Source: Neoechinorhynchus agilis
Taxonomy: Eukaryota; Animalia; Acanthocephala
DNA: 64,000 nucleotides
Direction of reading: 5' to 3'
NCBI GenBank assembly: GCA_051530055.1
Contig: CM121341.1
Location: 15,664,784 to 15,728,783, forward strand
Each line of letters opens with the position of its first letter. Position 1 is the stretch's first letter. Of this stretch, positions 49,797 through 61,701 are shown one piece after another. A program made the position numbers and the translations under genes. The notes under the pieces are model-generated. The model had not been told where the DNA came from and did no database searches. It saw only the letters and a program-made list of their open reading frames with translations.

Positions 49797-50418
49797 AAAG
49801 TGAATCTAAATAAGCAAATAACCAGGAAAGCTTTGTATAAAGCATAAAATTCTTTCATTTTTTATACTTTCGAGAATGCTAAAATATGCTATTATTAAGA
49901 AGAATAGGGACCAAAACATCGAAGATGAAGGTTGTATCTTTGAATTTTACTTTTCGGTTCGAAAAATAGATGAGTTTTACAATATAAGTTTGTTCTTCAA
50001 CGGAGAAACGCTGCATCAGTCCCTCCGACCGTTACGCCAAGACGGCAGCTGAGTGATCCAGAGCAATGATGTGAATGTTGGTAAGATTTGGTAGAGATAA
50101 GAGATCAAAATGACTAACGGCTAAATTAGAAAAAGAACTTAAACTTATAATTATTTCATATAACCATCGTTTTGTCCTATGAACGTCTATTTTTATGCTC
50201 AATGAGCAACTATAAAGCTTAACTAGAAATTTGCGAACTTTTTCATCAGCAAAGTCATAGCTGGTGGCTTTATAGCAGAGGGAAGTAATTTTGTCCACAT
50301 CCGCCTTCACAATGTGAAGAAATTATCTTCAATGCCATTTGAGATACACATGTTCCCCCACATTCTCGTCTATTCCTCTTTAATTAAATCCAAAAATTCA
50401 TTAACCGTCAGTGATCTT

Positions 50419-50754
50419 TTACTGAGCTCCTTCGGCTCCTGGCACATATTCATGAGCCCGAGTGCTCATTGTACTTTCTTTGTTTCCAAGATGTTCACCA
50501 GAGTCCATGCCGAGCACACCAGCACCAACACCGAATCCATAGCCTTTGGGGCCGTATTTTCGAGCATAACAGCGTTTGCAAAAAATGTTGCTTTCAAACA
50601 CGGCCAAGGTAGTCGATTCGAGAGAACGCTTGCATAGTCCGCATTTATAGCAGGTTTTATGCCATTTTTTGCCGGCCACATTCATTTCCTCGGCGAAGAA
50701 GACGGGTTTGTCGCATCGCGGGCAGTGTTCAGATTCGGCCATTTGGAAGGGCAT
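50419..50754 (-). CDS. Single-LIM CRP/MLP-family protein, copy 2 (identical protein)
   Basis: Inverted duplicate of 44689-45024. Confidence 0.9.
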   Translation of the reverse strand: MPFQMAESEHCPRCDKPVFFAEEMNVAGKKWHKTCYKCGLCKRSLESTTLAVFESNIFCKRCYARKYGPKGYGFGVGAGVLGMDSGEHLGNKESTMSTRAHEYVPGAEGAQ

Positions 50755-51573
50755 TGTGATGTTGAGAAGCGAGAAAAGGAGTGAAGATTCTTAGCGTTGT
50801 TGGTTCTATCATCCATTCGTTGAGATCTGTCTTTTATTCCTTCAGGAAATATCACGTTATTAATCCTAGTCATGCAAAAGCTCTATACGTTGAATTTCTC
50901 GCTATGCAAAATTCTTTGCGCCATTGCCAAGAATAGTCTTATGCAACCTTAAGGAAGGTAAGATATTCTCGTCTCGCAGAGTGCCGCTGCTACACTTACA
51001 AGTGGCGTAAGACGCGCAATTTTTATGTCAGACACTGTGCCGAATCTTCGACACTTCACGTAAAATATTCCGCTGAGATGGCCTCTTGAAACAACCACGG
51101 GAAATTGGAGCATATTTCTTTATTTATTGCACAATCTCAACAGATTGGAACCATTAGAGGCAACTTAAAGAATGATGGATGCAACTCTTCGTGATAAAGT
51201 ACTACATTCATCTCATTTTACGTTGGCATAATTTGCATGGAATCAACAGAGATTGACTAAACAACTGCTTTTTGATATCTAATTTTCTCCTTTCTAACAT
51301 CACGTTTTTTTCGATTTTTAAGGATATATTTTTGACCATAATTTGTAGATTAGTTGCGACCTTATCCTGGTAGAGAAGTTACCGGATTCCGCGATTTTTA
51401 TTAAGAATCTTTTTGCTTATTTTTTATGTAAATTTTTTCTAAATGTTTACCTATGAATCCTTATTTTGCTGCAGAGTTCTGGGTTGCGTAATCGTGAGTT
51501 GGTCCATTTTATAAAAATGTTTATTTTTCTTTATAGAACACACAGAATTTAATTTTTTATTAAAAATAGATAA

Positions 51574-51641
51574 GAGAAGTGATATAACCACAGTCTCTAA
51601 TGTCGGTTAAGAGTTTAGACTATGTGGTTATATCACTTCTC
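51574..51641. repeat. Short fold-back palindrome
   Basis: gagaagtgatataaccaca / tgtggttatatcacttctc. Confidence 0.8.
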
Positions 51642-51815
51642 TGATGTAATTGGTTTGGCTTTATGCCTAAATAAATAAGCCGGACAAGAAAGGGATTGAC
51701 TAAAATTGAATGATGATAACAATACCGGCTTGCCAGTAAAACTTAAAAAATATTAAAAATAGAGCCTATTTTTTTCTACGCATTCTAATATTTAAAAAGA
51801 AACTCATAAAATATT

Positions 51816-53898
51816 TTACTTCTGAAATTTTTTACGCAATGCTTTGTTCACAAAAAAGTACTTTTTGTATTTAAGCGAGCATTGCACTGATTGTGGCTCT
51901 TCGGCATTCAATTTTTCACTTAATGAAAGCACCAGCTTTCCATCTTTTTCGAATGGTCTATCAATGACACCCGTTTGACCGTTGTCCAAATCAACTTTCA
52001 TCTTTACAAAGGCTTCGACAGCAAAATTGTTCTTGAACATTCCACTAGCTATTATGGCATAACTTGAGATCTTTTTCTCTATTCGGCCGAAACGCTGGTG
52101 CTCATTATATAGACGCAAAACCGACAGGGGTACATCATTATGGCATTCTGGCCAACCGAACAGTTGGCGACCATAGAAAGCGAGGCGGCAAATTTTAGAA
52201 TTCTTGTCGACATCAAGTCTCGATGCAAACATTATAGCATTTTCTGGCCAAAATATAAGTTTGCTTAATTGGCGTGACGGTCACTTTATGAAGAAATAAA
52301 CTCAAATAATGACCGTCATTACTCTGAGGAGCATATAGAAATCTCCCTTTTCCGCTCTGTCAATTTCTTTCACAAAAAGATGATCGTGATCAAGATTGCA
52401 TTCATGACAACGAAACATCGAGACTATCCTACATATTACTGTATTATATGCTACTGTTAAATGATACCTTTGGTTAACTCTTATCTTCAGCATGAAAAAA
52501 TCCACGATTTTGGTTTTCACAAGAACAGACTTGTACTTCTTAACAGAATTAGAATGGCATGCAATACCTCGGTTAATGTTGACTTGAGTCTTTTTAGGCT
52601 GCAGTTCAATTCCTGCACGATCGCCTGTTCTCAAACTCGCCATTGATTTACCGTATACTTGTAATGACCGAATTCTCCATAAAGTTGAATCTATTTCAGG
52701 AAGTTCTATTCTGGAAAGGAGCTTCGTTCGACCATGTTTTACCACTCCTGTAAGTATAGTCGAACCGCTGTGTGTCTTGAAAACATGATCTCTGGCAGTG
52801 AGTGATAACGAACTGAATAAAAAGTGTTTACTTTCTTTTGGCAGTTTTGCCACCCCGAATTTAAATTCGCTGATTTATTTCCGATATTTCACATCTGATA
52901 ATTCCCACATTTCCCCAAGGTTTTGTCATTGCTCCACAAGTGTTGAAGTAGCAAAGTTACAAGTAATGGCAAGTCTTGATAATATCGGAATTATCCGACA
53001 AAATATCGGAAATAAATCAGTGATTTTAAATCCAGGATGGCAAAACAACCAAAATAAAGTCTCGTTTAACCTGAAGACAATAATCAAAAAAGTTTTAGCG
53101 AGCTCATAAAAACTAACTAATAGAAATAGATTGAAAGGTAACGCACAGTAGAAATGTTATATGCGAAGAGTGAGTCCGGAAAAGATTTTTCAATGGACTC
53201 TGGTTTAATATTACACTTAATTTTATCAAAATAAGCAAACAAAAGAAACAATGGTATTAATTCTCCCCATATTCAGGATAGAATCTCAATCACTGCTTTA
53301 TATAAAACAAGAACGGATCATCCATATTTCTGTGAGGAATATAAGATAGCTCCAGAAGAGCATTTTTTAAATTACTAATAAGTTGGTTTTTGGTCGAGAT
53401 TCGAACAACTTTAATGCACGTAAACGAAGATCGTTTCTCAAGCATCGATCGGACTTTTCTCTCCATCATATCAACAACAGTTTCGTCGCATAGATCCACT
53501 TTATTCAGAGCAACTATCAAACGCTTGATAGAAACTATTTCTCCGATTACCATACATTCTCCTGTTTGAGTTTGAAATCCTTTTACTGAATCAATGACCA
53601 ATATCATAATATCAATTATTTGGGCTCCGCCGATAACCGTACGAATCAACGAAGCTTTACCTGGAAAATCGACAAGACTAAAGCGCACTTTGTTGTACCA
53701 GTGTGATATTTGCGCTGGAGCTGCTTCTGTAAACGAAGAAAATCCTAAATCGAGAGTAGTACAACACGCTTTGCTCTGTGGATCCCGATCAAATGACGCC
53801 GTTCCTTCCTCGGCGCTCAATGAACGACACAGTGATGTCTTACCGCTGTTAAGATGCCCAAGAACGCCAACGTTTAAATTCAGAATAGTATCAGACAT
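51816..53898 (-). CDS. EEFSEC: Selenocysteine-specific elongation factor, 3 exons, divergent GTPase motifs
   Basis: NVGVLGH..SGKT, TLDLGFS, ASLIRTVIGGAQIID, QTQTGEC, LRTGDRAGI, H.TV.YNTV, SRLD....CRLAFYG, LKYKKY. Confidence 0.88.
52831..53060. mobile_element. MITE family B inside the eEFSec intron
   Basis: ggcagttttgccacccc.aatttaaattc...ccccaaggtttt...ggatggcaaaac. Confidence 0.75.
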
Positions 53899-54794
53899 TG
53901 CAATAACTTAACTTTATGTGATATCAGTTGCGCCCTGTTCTCAATGAGTTTCTCTTACAATGACTGTGAGTATGATATCATAACTATGGCGTCTTCTAGC
54001 TGCTAAGTGCTTACGTGGATATACAACATATACCAGGGCTTATAGTAGACAAGGTTGATAAAAACTAAATCAGTTAAACAAACCTAACTTTAATTCCAAT
54101 TGAACGGGAAACATTATTAGGAAGTTTCACACGTTAGATATTCAACAAAATCAGAATAAGCTTGATGAAAAGGACGTCAATCCTGTCTATTTATTATCCA
54201 TTATAGTTTGGATCATTTTAGAGCACAAACAAGTTAGCAGCGGAAGCTGCTGCATCTTGTGAACAGAGATATCGAACAGAAAATTCGCATCATTTCCTTT
54301 ACAAGAAAGCGTTCAAGAAACGCTGTACTTGTGGTTGTTAATTACGCGTAAACATTTTGGGGAACAAGAAGTATACGTCCGTCATATAAATCGCAAGTAT
54401 GCGCAGAGGAATAAACAAGCTTTCAACCGACGATATATATGTATATACGTGTACGATCGGTGTATATGCTTTCTCGAAAAGATATTTTTGTGTATTTGTT
54501 TTACAGCCTATATTAATGCCTGTCCAATTTTCGTTTTAGAGATCCTGACCGTTTGCGAACGCATAATGACCTTTTCATCCGTTTTCTAGTTGGTATTCGC
54601 CAAAGTGTACGCATTTTTCCCCGTGTGCACTGCCCACAAGGGCAAAAAATGAGATCTTTGGCGTATAAGTGTCTGTTTCATATTGTGTGCGCAAAATATT
54701 TGTAATTATTTATCAAATTGCTTTCCTTGGGCGCACAGCTCACCGATCAGCGTTAGGTAGTAAATGAGTAACTTAGAGCATTAACCGCACGGTC

Positions 54795-54855
54795 ACGAGT
54801 TTGTACATCCCTCCGGATCCTCAGATACCTCCAGGATGCGGGCCTAATCAGTGAG
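54795..54855 (-). repeat. 5'-truncated, core-mutated (G8U) copy of the permuted-hammerhead repeat
   Basis: CUCA-CUGAUUA-GGCCC-gcauccugga-GGUAUC-UGAG-gauccggagggauguacaaac. Confidence 0.8.
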
Positions 54856-55109
54856 GAGGTATGTATAAACCAAAAACCGTATGGTTCAGGGTATCAAAGG
54901 ATTTACTGCGCTTACCTAGCACAGATCGGTGCGAGGATAATAATCAGCAGTGTTATGATGGCCACTTTAATACTCAATAAAAAGTAACCAACTAGCCAGA
55001 CGTAAGATGAAATTAATATCATCAAATCATCGATGTTTTGTTCTATTTCTATAAAGTTATACGTTGGCGAATTCTGTCCCTGGTGTTGTCGTTACTCATT
55101 TATTTATTT

Positions 55110-55149
55110 GAGAAATATTTCGCAAGGTTTTCTTTGCCTCTTCGGTCTC
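55110..55149 (-). ncRNA. Minimal type I hammerhead (U4C variant)
   Basis: GAGA-CCGAAGA-G-GCAAAG-aaaa-CCUUGC-GAAA-UAUU-UCUC. Confidence 0.6.
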
Positions 55150-55524
55150 TATCTAAAATGGAGATGACATAAACAGCATGCAAAGCCGGTCATGTCTGGA
55201 TGTAGCTCATATCCGCGGGTTTGCTAATACCCAGCAAACAACCCAGCACAAGGTGGATTTTGAAAAAGCGGCATTCCTAACCAGCGGACCGGATCTGAGA
55301 AGAAGACTGATTATTGAGGCCATTCACATCCGGGGAAATTCAACGATGGAAGGCGACAAATCAAACCACACGCTGATGCTACCAAAGTTGCGTAGCATGA
55401 CGAACAAATTAGTCGGCAACAAACCGCAAGAGGTGTACTTCGGGTATTGGCAAACCCGCGGATCTGAGCTACATCCAGACATGACCGGCTGTGCATGCTG
55501 TTTATGTCATCGCCATTTTAGATC

Positions 55525-55564
55525 GAGACTGAAAAGGCAAGGAAAACCCTGCGAAATATTTCTC
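55525..55564 (+). ncRNA. Minimal type I hammerhead (G8A variant)
   Basis: GAGA-CUGAAAA-G-GCAAGG-aaaa-CCCUGC-GAAA-UAUU-UCUC. Confidence 0.6.
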
Positions 55565-56290
55565 AAATAAATAAATGAGTAATGACAACACCGGGGACAG
55601 AATTCGCCAACGTACAATCAAATTCACCCCGAGGACAATGATATGACATTTCTATAAAGTTGGTGCCACCAAAATCCGCTCGATGCTTACATGTCTCTTG
55701 ATGATTAGAGATAGCCGAAGAATGCTCAAATCGACTGCAAGCTTTCTTACGTTGAGCAACCCTCTTCTTAATGCCCTGCATCGTTTGTCCGATGTAGACC
55801 CTTTCACACTGTTCACAGTGAATTCCGTAGATCCCACGAGTCAGCTCAGCTTTACCCTTCTTCTTGAATGCGCTTCTGAGAGCGACTCCTTTAGAATTAT
55901 AGAAACGAATTCCAGCCTTCTTACTTATAATGGAGTAGATCATTTGATTTGTATCATCATCAATGAAGTGCACTCTTTCGAAGCATACAGGCTTGGCAGA
56001 CGATTTTTTGTTGTTGTCATGCGGATGGTAGTTATTGACTCTGATTCCCCGGTCTATAATCCATTTGGGATATCCCCTCATTTTCAGCTCCTGGACTATC
56101 CTCTCCCTTTCCCTAATCCATGCAAATCGAGTGGATGAGATAAGAGGGCCGACATCTACATGCGGGATTGGGAGTCCACTTTCTCGGAGCTTCATAATTA
56201 TGTAAATCGGTGGTGGCGTTATGTGGACGATGTAATCATCCCGACTGACTCAAACAACAACAAAGATTCACTAAATGCTGAACTGATCCC
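55563..56290 (-). mobile_element. Penelope-like element, RT remnant, linker and GIY-YIG
   Basis: WWRYVDDV region at ~56210 (plus-strand remnant). Minus-strand ELKMRGYPKWII and GIYGIHCEQCERVYIGQT. Confidence 0.8.
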
Positions 56291-56879
56291 CGCATTCGTT
56301 GCACATTCGTCGTCGTGTGTAATAACAACACGTATTATTTATATAAAGATGAGGAACCATGTACCTCTGGGTCCTCGTGATCACCTGAATTTAAAGTGGA
56401 TGACGGATCCGGAATTTGGAGTGGATGACGGATCCGGAAGATGACGGTCGACGACGACGAGAGAGGTCGACGAAGTTAATATTAAAAAACGCGTTCAATA
56501 ATAATCTTGTGTTTCTTGTTGCATTCACAAAATTTTTGTTAATGTATTATCTCCTTGTATATTTCCCAGCGAAGTTCCAATGGTGTTTCGGTACTCGTTC
56601 GTGTGCGTATTCATCTCCGTATCCGTTGCGCATTCGTCAACCTTTACGTACTCATGAGCGTGTTTTAAAGTTCCTATACAAAAATAGCGTTCGTTCGTTA
56701 ATACCCGTGTGTTTCGTTCCCGGTCATAACATATTTGAAATATTTCGCGAGGCAACCTTGCATCCTTAGTCATTGCTTTTTCGACCGTTACACCAGGACG
56801 GCAGCTGAGTGATCCCGATAGGTGGTGTGAATGATCTGACATTATCCATTTTGTTGTTAATGCTTAATTAACCTTGTTT

Positions 56880-57230
56880 TTTGGCGTTTCCCTCTGCGCT
56901 TTAGAAAAGAAGGACGGTGGCATTCGTCCGAGTCTCAGAAGGTGTTGCTGAAATTCTTCGTCCAGTTCAACTAGGTTGCTGCACACCTTGCGGGCCGGAA
57001 GCCATATTCCACGCACTCCGTACTTTTGTTATTGAGAACGTCAAACCGTGTGTGATCCTGAAATTAGATTTCCGGAACGCCTTCATTTCCGCTAATCGCG
57101 ACTCGCTCTTAAAAGCTGCCACAGATCACCCACCGGAGGCTTACGGGTATTTTAGAAATTCGTACGGAGCTGCGAAACCTCTTGTATTCAACGATCATAT
57201 CATTCCTTACATGTTCGCCGTTCTTAAAGA
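56880..57230 (+). mobile_element. CRE-like RT fragment
   Basis: LEKKDGGIRP, LRPVQLG...GPEAIFHALR, LKLDFRNAF. Confidence 0.8.
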
Positions 57231-57287
57231 TGGCCAGTATGTCATCTACATATCTAGCGTAAGAACTTAATTGAAACTATATCCAGA

Positions 57288-58087
57288 TTGAAACTCACTG
57301 TTGAAACGTTTGACAGTAATGACTTTCACTTTTTGGATCTTCGACTCTCGCTAAAACCAGATAGACCCCTATCAACCTCAGTATACCATAAGCCATCGGA
57401 TAATGGTTTCTACACTAACTTTGATTCAGTGACTCCATACAAATATAAAAGGTCCGTAGCTGATGCGCTAATCAACAGAGCGATAAGATACTCCACTACA
57501 ACTGAAGATACTAACAAGGAACTTAAGAGGATCAGGCAATCACTAGTAAATGCATCATGCCCAATTAAGGTAGTAGATGATGCAATTAAATGAGCCTACA
57601 AGAAACTTTGTACGCCATTAGAGATTCCAAACGACAACCCAATACCCTTCTACTATGAAACGGACGATCCATCAAACGAGAAAAGAAGGAGCTACAAGAT
57701 ATACTGGATAAACACACATAGCCGACAGACAGCTCGAAAAGAATAGACGTCCGTTGCTTTTACAAAACAAAAACGCTCCACTCATGTTTGACAGAAAAAA
57801 CCAGAACTGCAGTTCTTGACACCTGTAACGTTGTGTACCAATTCACATGCAATAAAGACGGCTGTAACGCGTCTTATGTTGGCTACACAACTTGCAAGTT
57901 GAGTGACAGAATCAAACAACATACATATAAAGCGAGCGCTATTAGGAAGCACATGGATGAATCGCACAATGGATCCTACCCAACGCCATTTGAGAAATGT
58001 TTCAAGATCCTTGTCAAAGATCACGACAAACCAATTATCAATATCAAATTCAATGAGATGTTTAATACTCTCGAATTCTACGATTAG
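57288..58087 (+). mobile_element. Penelope-like element, RT thumb and GIY-YIG, interrupted by stops
   Basis: FLDL...SVYHKPS, LINRAIRYS, NVVYQFTC...CNASYVGYT..L..RIKQH. Confidence 0.85.
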
Positions 58088-58168
58088 TGTGATAATTGAT
58101 TGCTTACGTCAGCTTTAGTTTAACGCTGGGTTCTACGTGCGCGTTTGACAAATTGTGTGACTGTTAAA

Positions 58169-58213
58169 GTTATCCTGAAGATGGAAAGAATAAATTTCCG
58201 AAACGTCGGCAAT
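58169..58213 (+). ncRNA. Minimal Penelope pLTR hammerhead, intact core
   Basis: CUGAAGA-U-GGAAA-gaauaa-UUUCC-GAAA-CGUC with palindromic ACGU stem III, ~90 bp after the GIY-YIG ORF. Confidence 0.72.
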
Positions 58214-58526
58214 TGGGCAACTCTAGCTAAGATAAAAAAAACCATTTAAACAGTTTTAAAATTAGCAAAACGCTCCTGTATTAGAGCGTTGAAACTACAA
58301 TTAAATTATAAAAACAATTCCAAATCGGGCCGCGGTCGTCCACTCGAGCAGGGGCGAATTTTTGAATAAGTCTTAAACTACAGAAAAAAAAACAGATTCA
58401 TTGAAAATAAATTTAAATCAAGTGTCTGAATAAAACAGGAGTTGACGACGATTCATTCTCTTAATTTCTAAACATGCATATGTGTGATCAATAAATTGTT
58501 GCTATTATTAGATTTATTGTGTAGCA

Positions 58527-58687
58527 GTCTTCATCGTGTAAGTAACATTTTAATAAAAACGCTTCGAACCTCGTCGGGCCCATCATACCAATTTGTTGGA
58601 CACTGTCCTTTAATAATTAACAAACTGATGATGAGCTGGATGAGGTTAGAAACGTCTTTAATAAAAAATTAATTACCGGGTGAAGAC
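58527..58687. mobile_element. Fold-back element with hammerhead arms, copy 1
   Basis: gtcttca...tgaagac ends. Right arm AAA-CUGAUGA-U-GAGC..GUUA-GAAA-CGUC-UUU (58622-58659). Confidence 0.65.
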
Positions 58688-60216
58688 CCAAATGTGGAAT
58701 TATTATCCGTTTAGCGATATTTTTCCCGGCAAATCAAGAAATGTAAATTGTAAAAGATTTTTGAGGAATGTCTATGCTAAAACCATGGTGTAGCTAAAAT
58801 CTTAAGTCAATACCGGTTTTTGTTTTTCTAATGAGTAACTTCATTATTAGTCCTACTTCATGTTACTTCAGTGCGTACAACTTCGCACATTTGCATGCGA
58901 ATCTAGTGCGCCACGATTAGGTTAGCAATGAGCGGTCTTGTCAGTAGACTAGCAAAGTGCGAATTCCATTAAGCAGAAAGGAATATTAACAGCTAAAAAC
59001 ACGGTGAACAACGGTTTCAATGTAGGAAATTCGCTTAAGAATAATATTGCACGGAGTCCGAATTGTGTCTAATTCTCAGAAAAGTGGCGACATAACGGCT
59101 CGGAGTGCAAAGTATGGAAATCCGTTTAAGTGATGTGGAACGATGAACTGATTTTTCTGAGCCTTTGTGGCGTATTCGCATTTTGTATTTCGCGAGCGCA
59201 GCTGCACATTATGCTTTATTGCTATTTTGTTCTAGTTTGCGGCTAAGTGGTAGATTTCTTCAAGCTTACAAATGCACATGTTCTAGAAGAGTTGATAAAT
59301 TCAATAATGATTTGTCTAAAAAGAATTTTATTAAAAAAACTATAACGGTTAGAAACAAACACCCATCGATGAGAGAGAACACATCCATAAATGTCACTTC
59401 GCCTACGGAGAAATTACCGCTATCATTATTCACAATCCTGATTTATATTTCTTACACTACTTTCCATGTACAGTAAACAAAGATCTAAAATAATCTAAAA
59501 AGCGTTTCCCATCTAGTTTTAGGATTAGTTTTCTAAAAGAACTGTTCGTCCATGAAAACTGAGGTTCAAAATTTACAGCATGTAAAACAATGACAACGAA
59601 AATATAGATAAGGTTTGACTCCGCACAATGTGTTTTGTAAGCCAAATAGAAGACAACTTAAACGCTTGCTTCCATGTATCATTTTCATATCTAAATACTC
59701 CTAAGGCGAAATAAACAGTCAGGTTCGCAGGGTACACACATGCGCTTAATAGAATCGACCTTCACTGACCCGTATAGAGAATTTGTTGTTTTAAGCCGTT
59801 CTTTCGTTTCCTTATTTAACTAAAACACTTATAATGAGAATCTCAATTTTGTTTGGTGATTGAGAAAATCGAGATTAAACGTATTAATTCCCTTTCCCAA
59901 TATTTCGTACATGAAGAAGTCAGACGAGGCGCACGAAATATTTTTTCAATCACTAAACTATAGTTTATCGATGACCAATTGCAAAATTCATATTGCTGAT
60001 GACCTTTGTTTTTACAAATTTATGGGTTTTTCGGATTACTTTTCTAAGTACTTGCAATTTTTTCATTCGTTCAGCACAAACAAATTTCGTCCTAGCAGTA
60101 AAACTTTACCAAATGTTGAATTACCGTTCAATGCGATAGAATTTTTAACAGTTTAAGTTTTCTTGCCTGAGATCTGCTAGACGATTTTTCTTCTTAGAAC
60201 TAAAACTTTACTAAAT

Positions 60217-60330
60217 TTGTCGATAGGAAAGATAAATGAAATTAAGAATTTATTGATTTGAATCCGAGATAGTGGATCGAAATATCAAATCAATAAATTC
60301 TTAATTTCATTTATCTCTCCTATCGACAAA
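60217..60330. repeat. Fold-back palindrome with ~45-bp arms
   Basis: tttgtcgatagga.agataaatgaaattaagaatttattgatttga / tcaaatcaataaattcttaatttcatttatct.tcctatcgacaaa. Confidence 0.85.
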
Positions 60331-60757
60331 AAACAATGAATTATCTTTTCAACACTTTACTAAATGTTAAAGCAACATTTAATGTGACATTAATTTTAAG
60401 GTTGTTTTCTGGCATAGAAATATCGGATTTTAAAATAAAATCATTTTAATTTCTACTCCAGAAAACAATCAATATGAGCAATTCATTCCTCAAACATTAA
60501 TTTTACGCCAAAATTTAAAAGCAATAGAAATATTTATACCTTTACTTGGATCCGATTATTTTTTGCGATTATATTTTAAGTAGAAGTTGCTTATAATGTA
60601 TTCAATACGTTAATTCGTGGTTACACTTTGAAGTAATCGAACACTATATTTTTTTAATAATTCACTCGGCTCGTTGCAATATTAAAAAATCCTACAGATG
60701 AATAATAACGCAAATCTTGTATAGAACCGATCTTCGTTTCCAGATCCATTAATCCCC

Positions 60758-60985
60758 ATGGATTCCGACGAAAATAGTTCAGTCTATTCCGATGACGAAT
60801 CGTCCAATTCGTTTCTGTATGAATGGATTTCCGATCAAGTTGATCGCTTTTTCGGCCGATCTAGAACTCCCGAAAGCAACATGCAAAATTCACCGGTTTA
60901 TCATACAATTCGTAATAACGGCCACGCATCTCATGGCAATGGATCGTTGGATTCTGGAATCGGCTCAGATGCATCAACGATGTAG
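60758..60985 (+). CDS. Orphan Ser/Asp-rich ORF or exon
   Basis: ATG ORF with protein-like composition containing DSGIGS. Confidence 0.3.
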   Translation: MDSDENSSVYSDDESSNSFLYEWISDQVDRFFGRSRTPESNMQNSPVYHTIRNNGHASHGNGSLDSGIGSDASTM

Positions 60986-61701
60986 GAACACTGTTTGTAG
61001 ATAAATTTACATGATAAGTGTGAGACGATTTGATGTTCCAAAGAAGTTTAAAGGATCAAACTCTTCAGTATGCAGGGAAATAGTAGAAAGATATCATTTT
61101 TGCACTATGAAAAAGGGGCCCTATCGAGCTACGGATCTAATATATTCTATCAAACGTTTAAAAAAAAGCAAAAACTCAAACTTTAGTATCGCTTTTTTGG
61201 TATCCAAAAGACGACATGGTGAGTCGCATATTTGAAATGATCAATTCACACGACGGACTAAATTAATTAGTAAGTTGTCTCTGATTTTTCGAATTTTTAA
61301 ATCCTCAGAAACGACATAATCGGCCAAATAAAGTTTATACAGGCGATCATATCTAGTTTGTTGAAATCAACTTGACAAATTTTCCCATTTAAATTCATGA
61401 GGTTTTACGTTATTTCCATTGAATGTTTATCTGATGAAAAATGGAAAGGCCAACTGTTTTCGATATCAGTACACGAGGGAGAAATGATTATGACTAAAAA
61501 AGCTAACTTAATGGATGAAGATCGAGGTGCTCTGACGAATGGTATTTACAACTTCAACAAGACAAAAAACATTCTAAATTTGCGCTGGTAAGAAAGGTGT
61601 GAAAGGCTTTTAAGAATCATCAATCAAAAAGGGTTTTCTCTAGTAACTTAAGAAAAAGGAAAATTCACACACGCACGGTTACGAAGTATACGGACGAGGA
61701 T

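Larger units (their letters stand above)
55060..55614. repeat. Inverted pseudo-LTRs (55060-55232 and 55442-55614) of a Penelope-like element
   Basis: 173-bp arms. The spacer encodes a GIY-YIG C-terminus (HKVDFEKA...RRRLIIEAIHI). Confidence 0.85.

Noticed and set aside
54765-54790. Spliced-leader-like sequence (GGTTAATGCTCTAAGTT on the minus strand)
   Set aside because: Only superficial similarity, with no donor GT or Sm site in the proper arrangement
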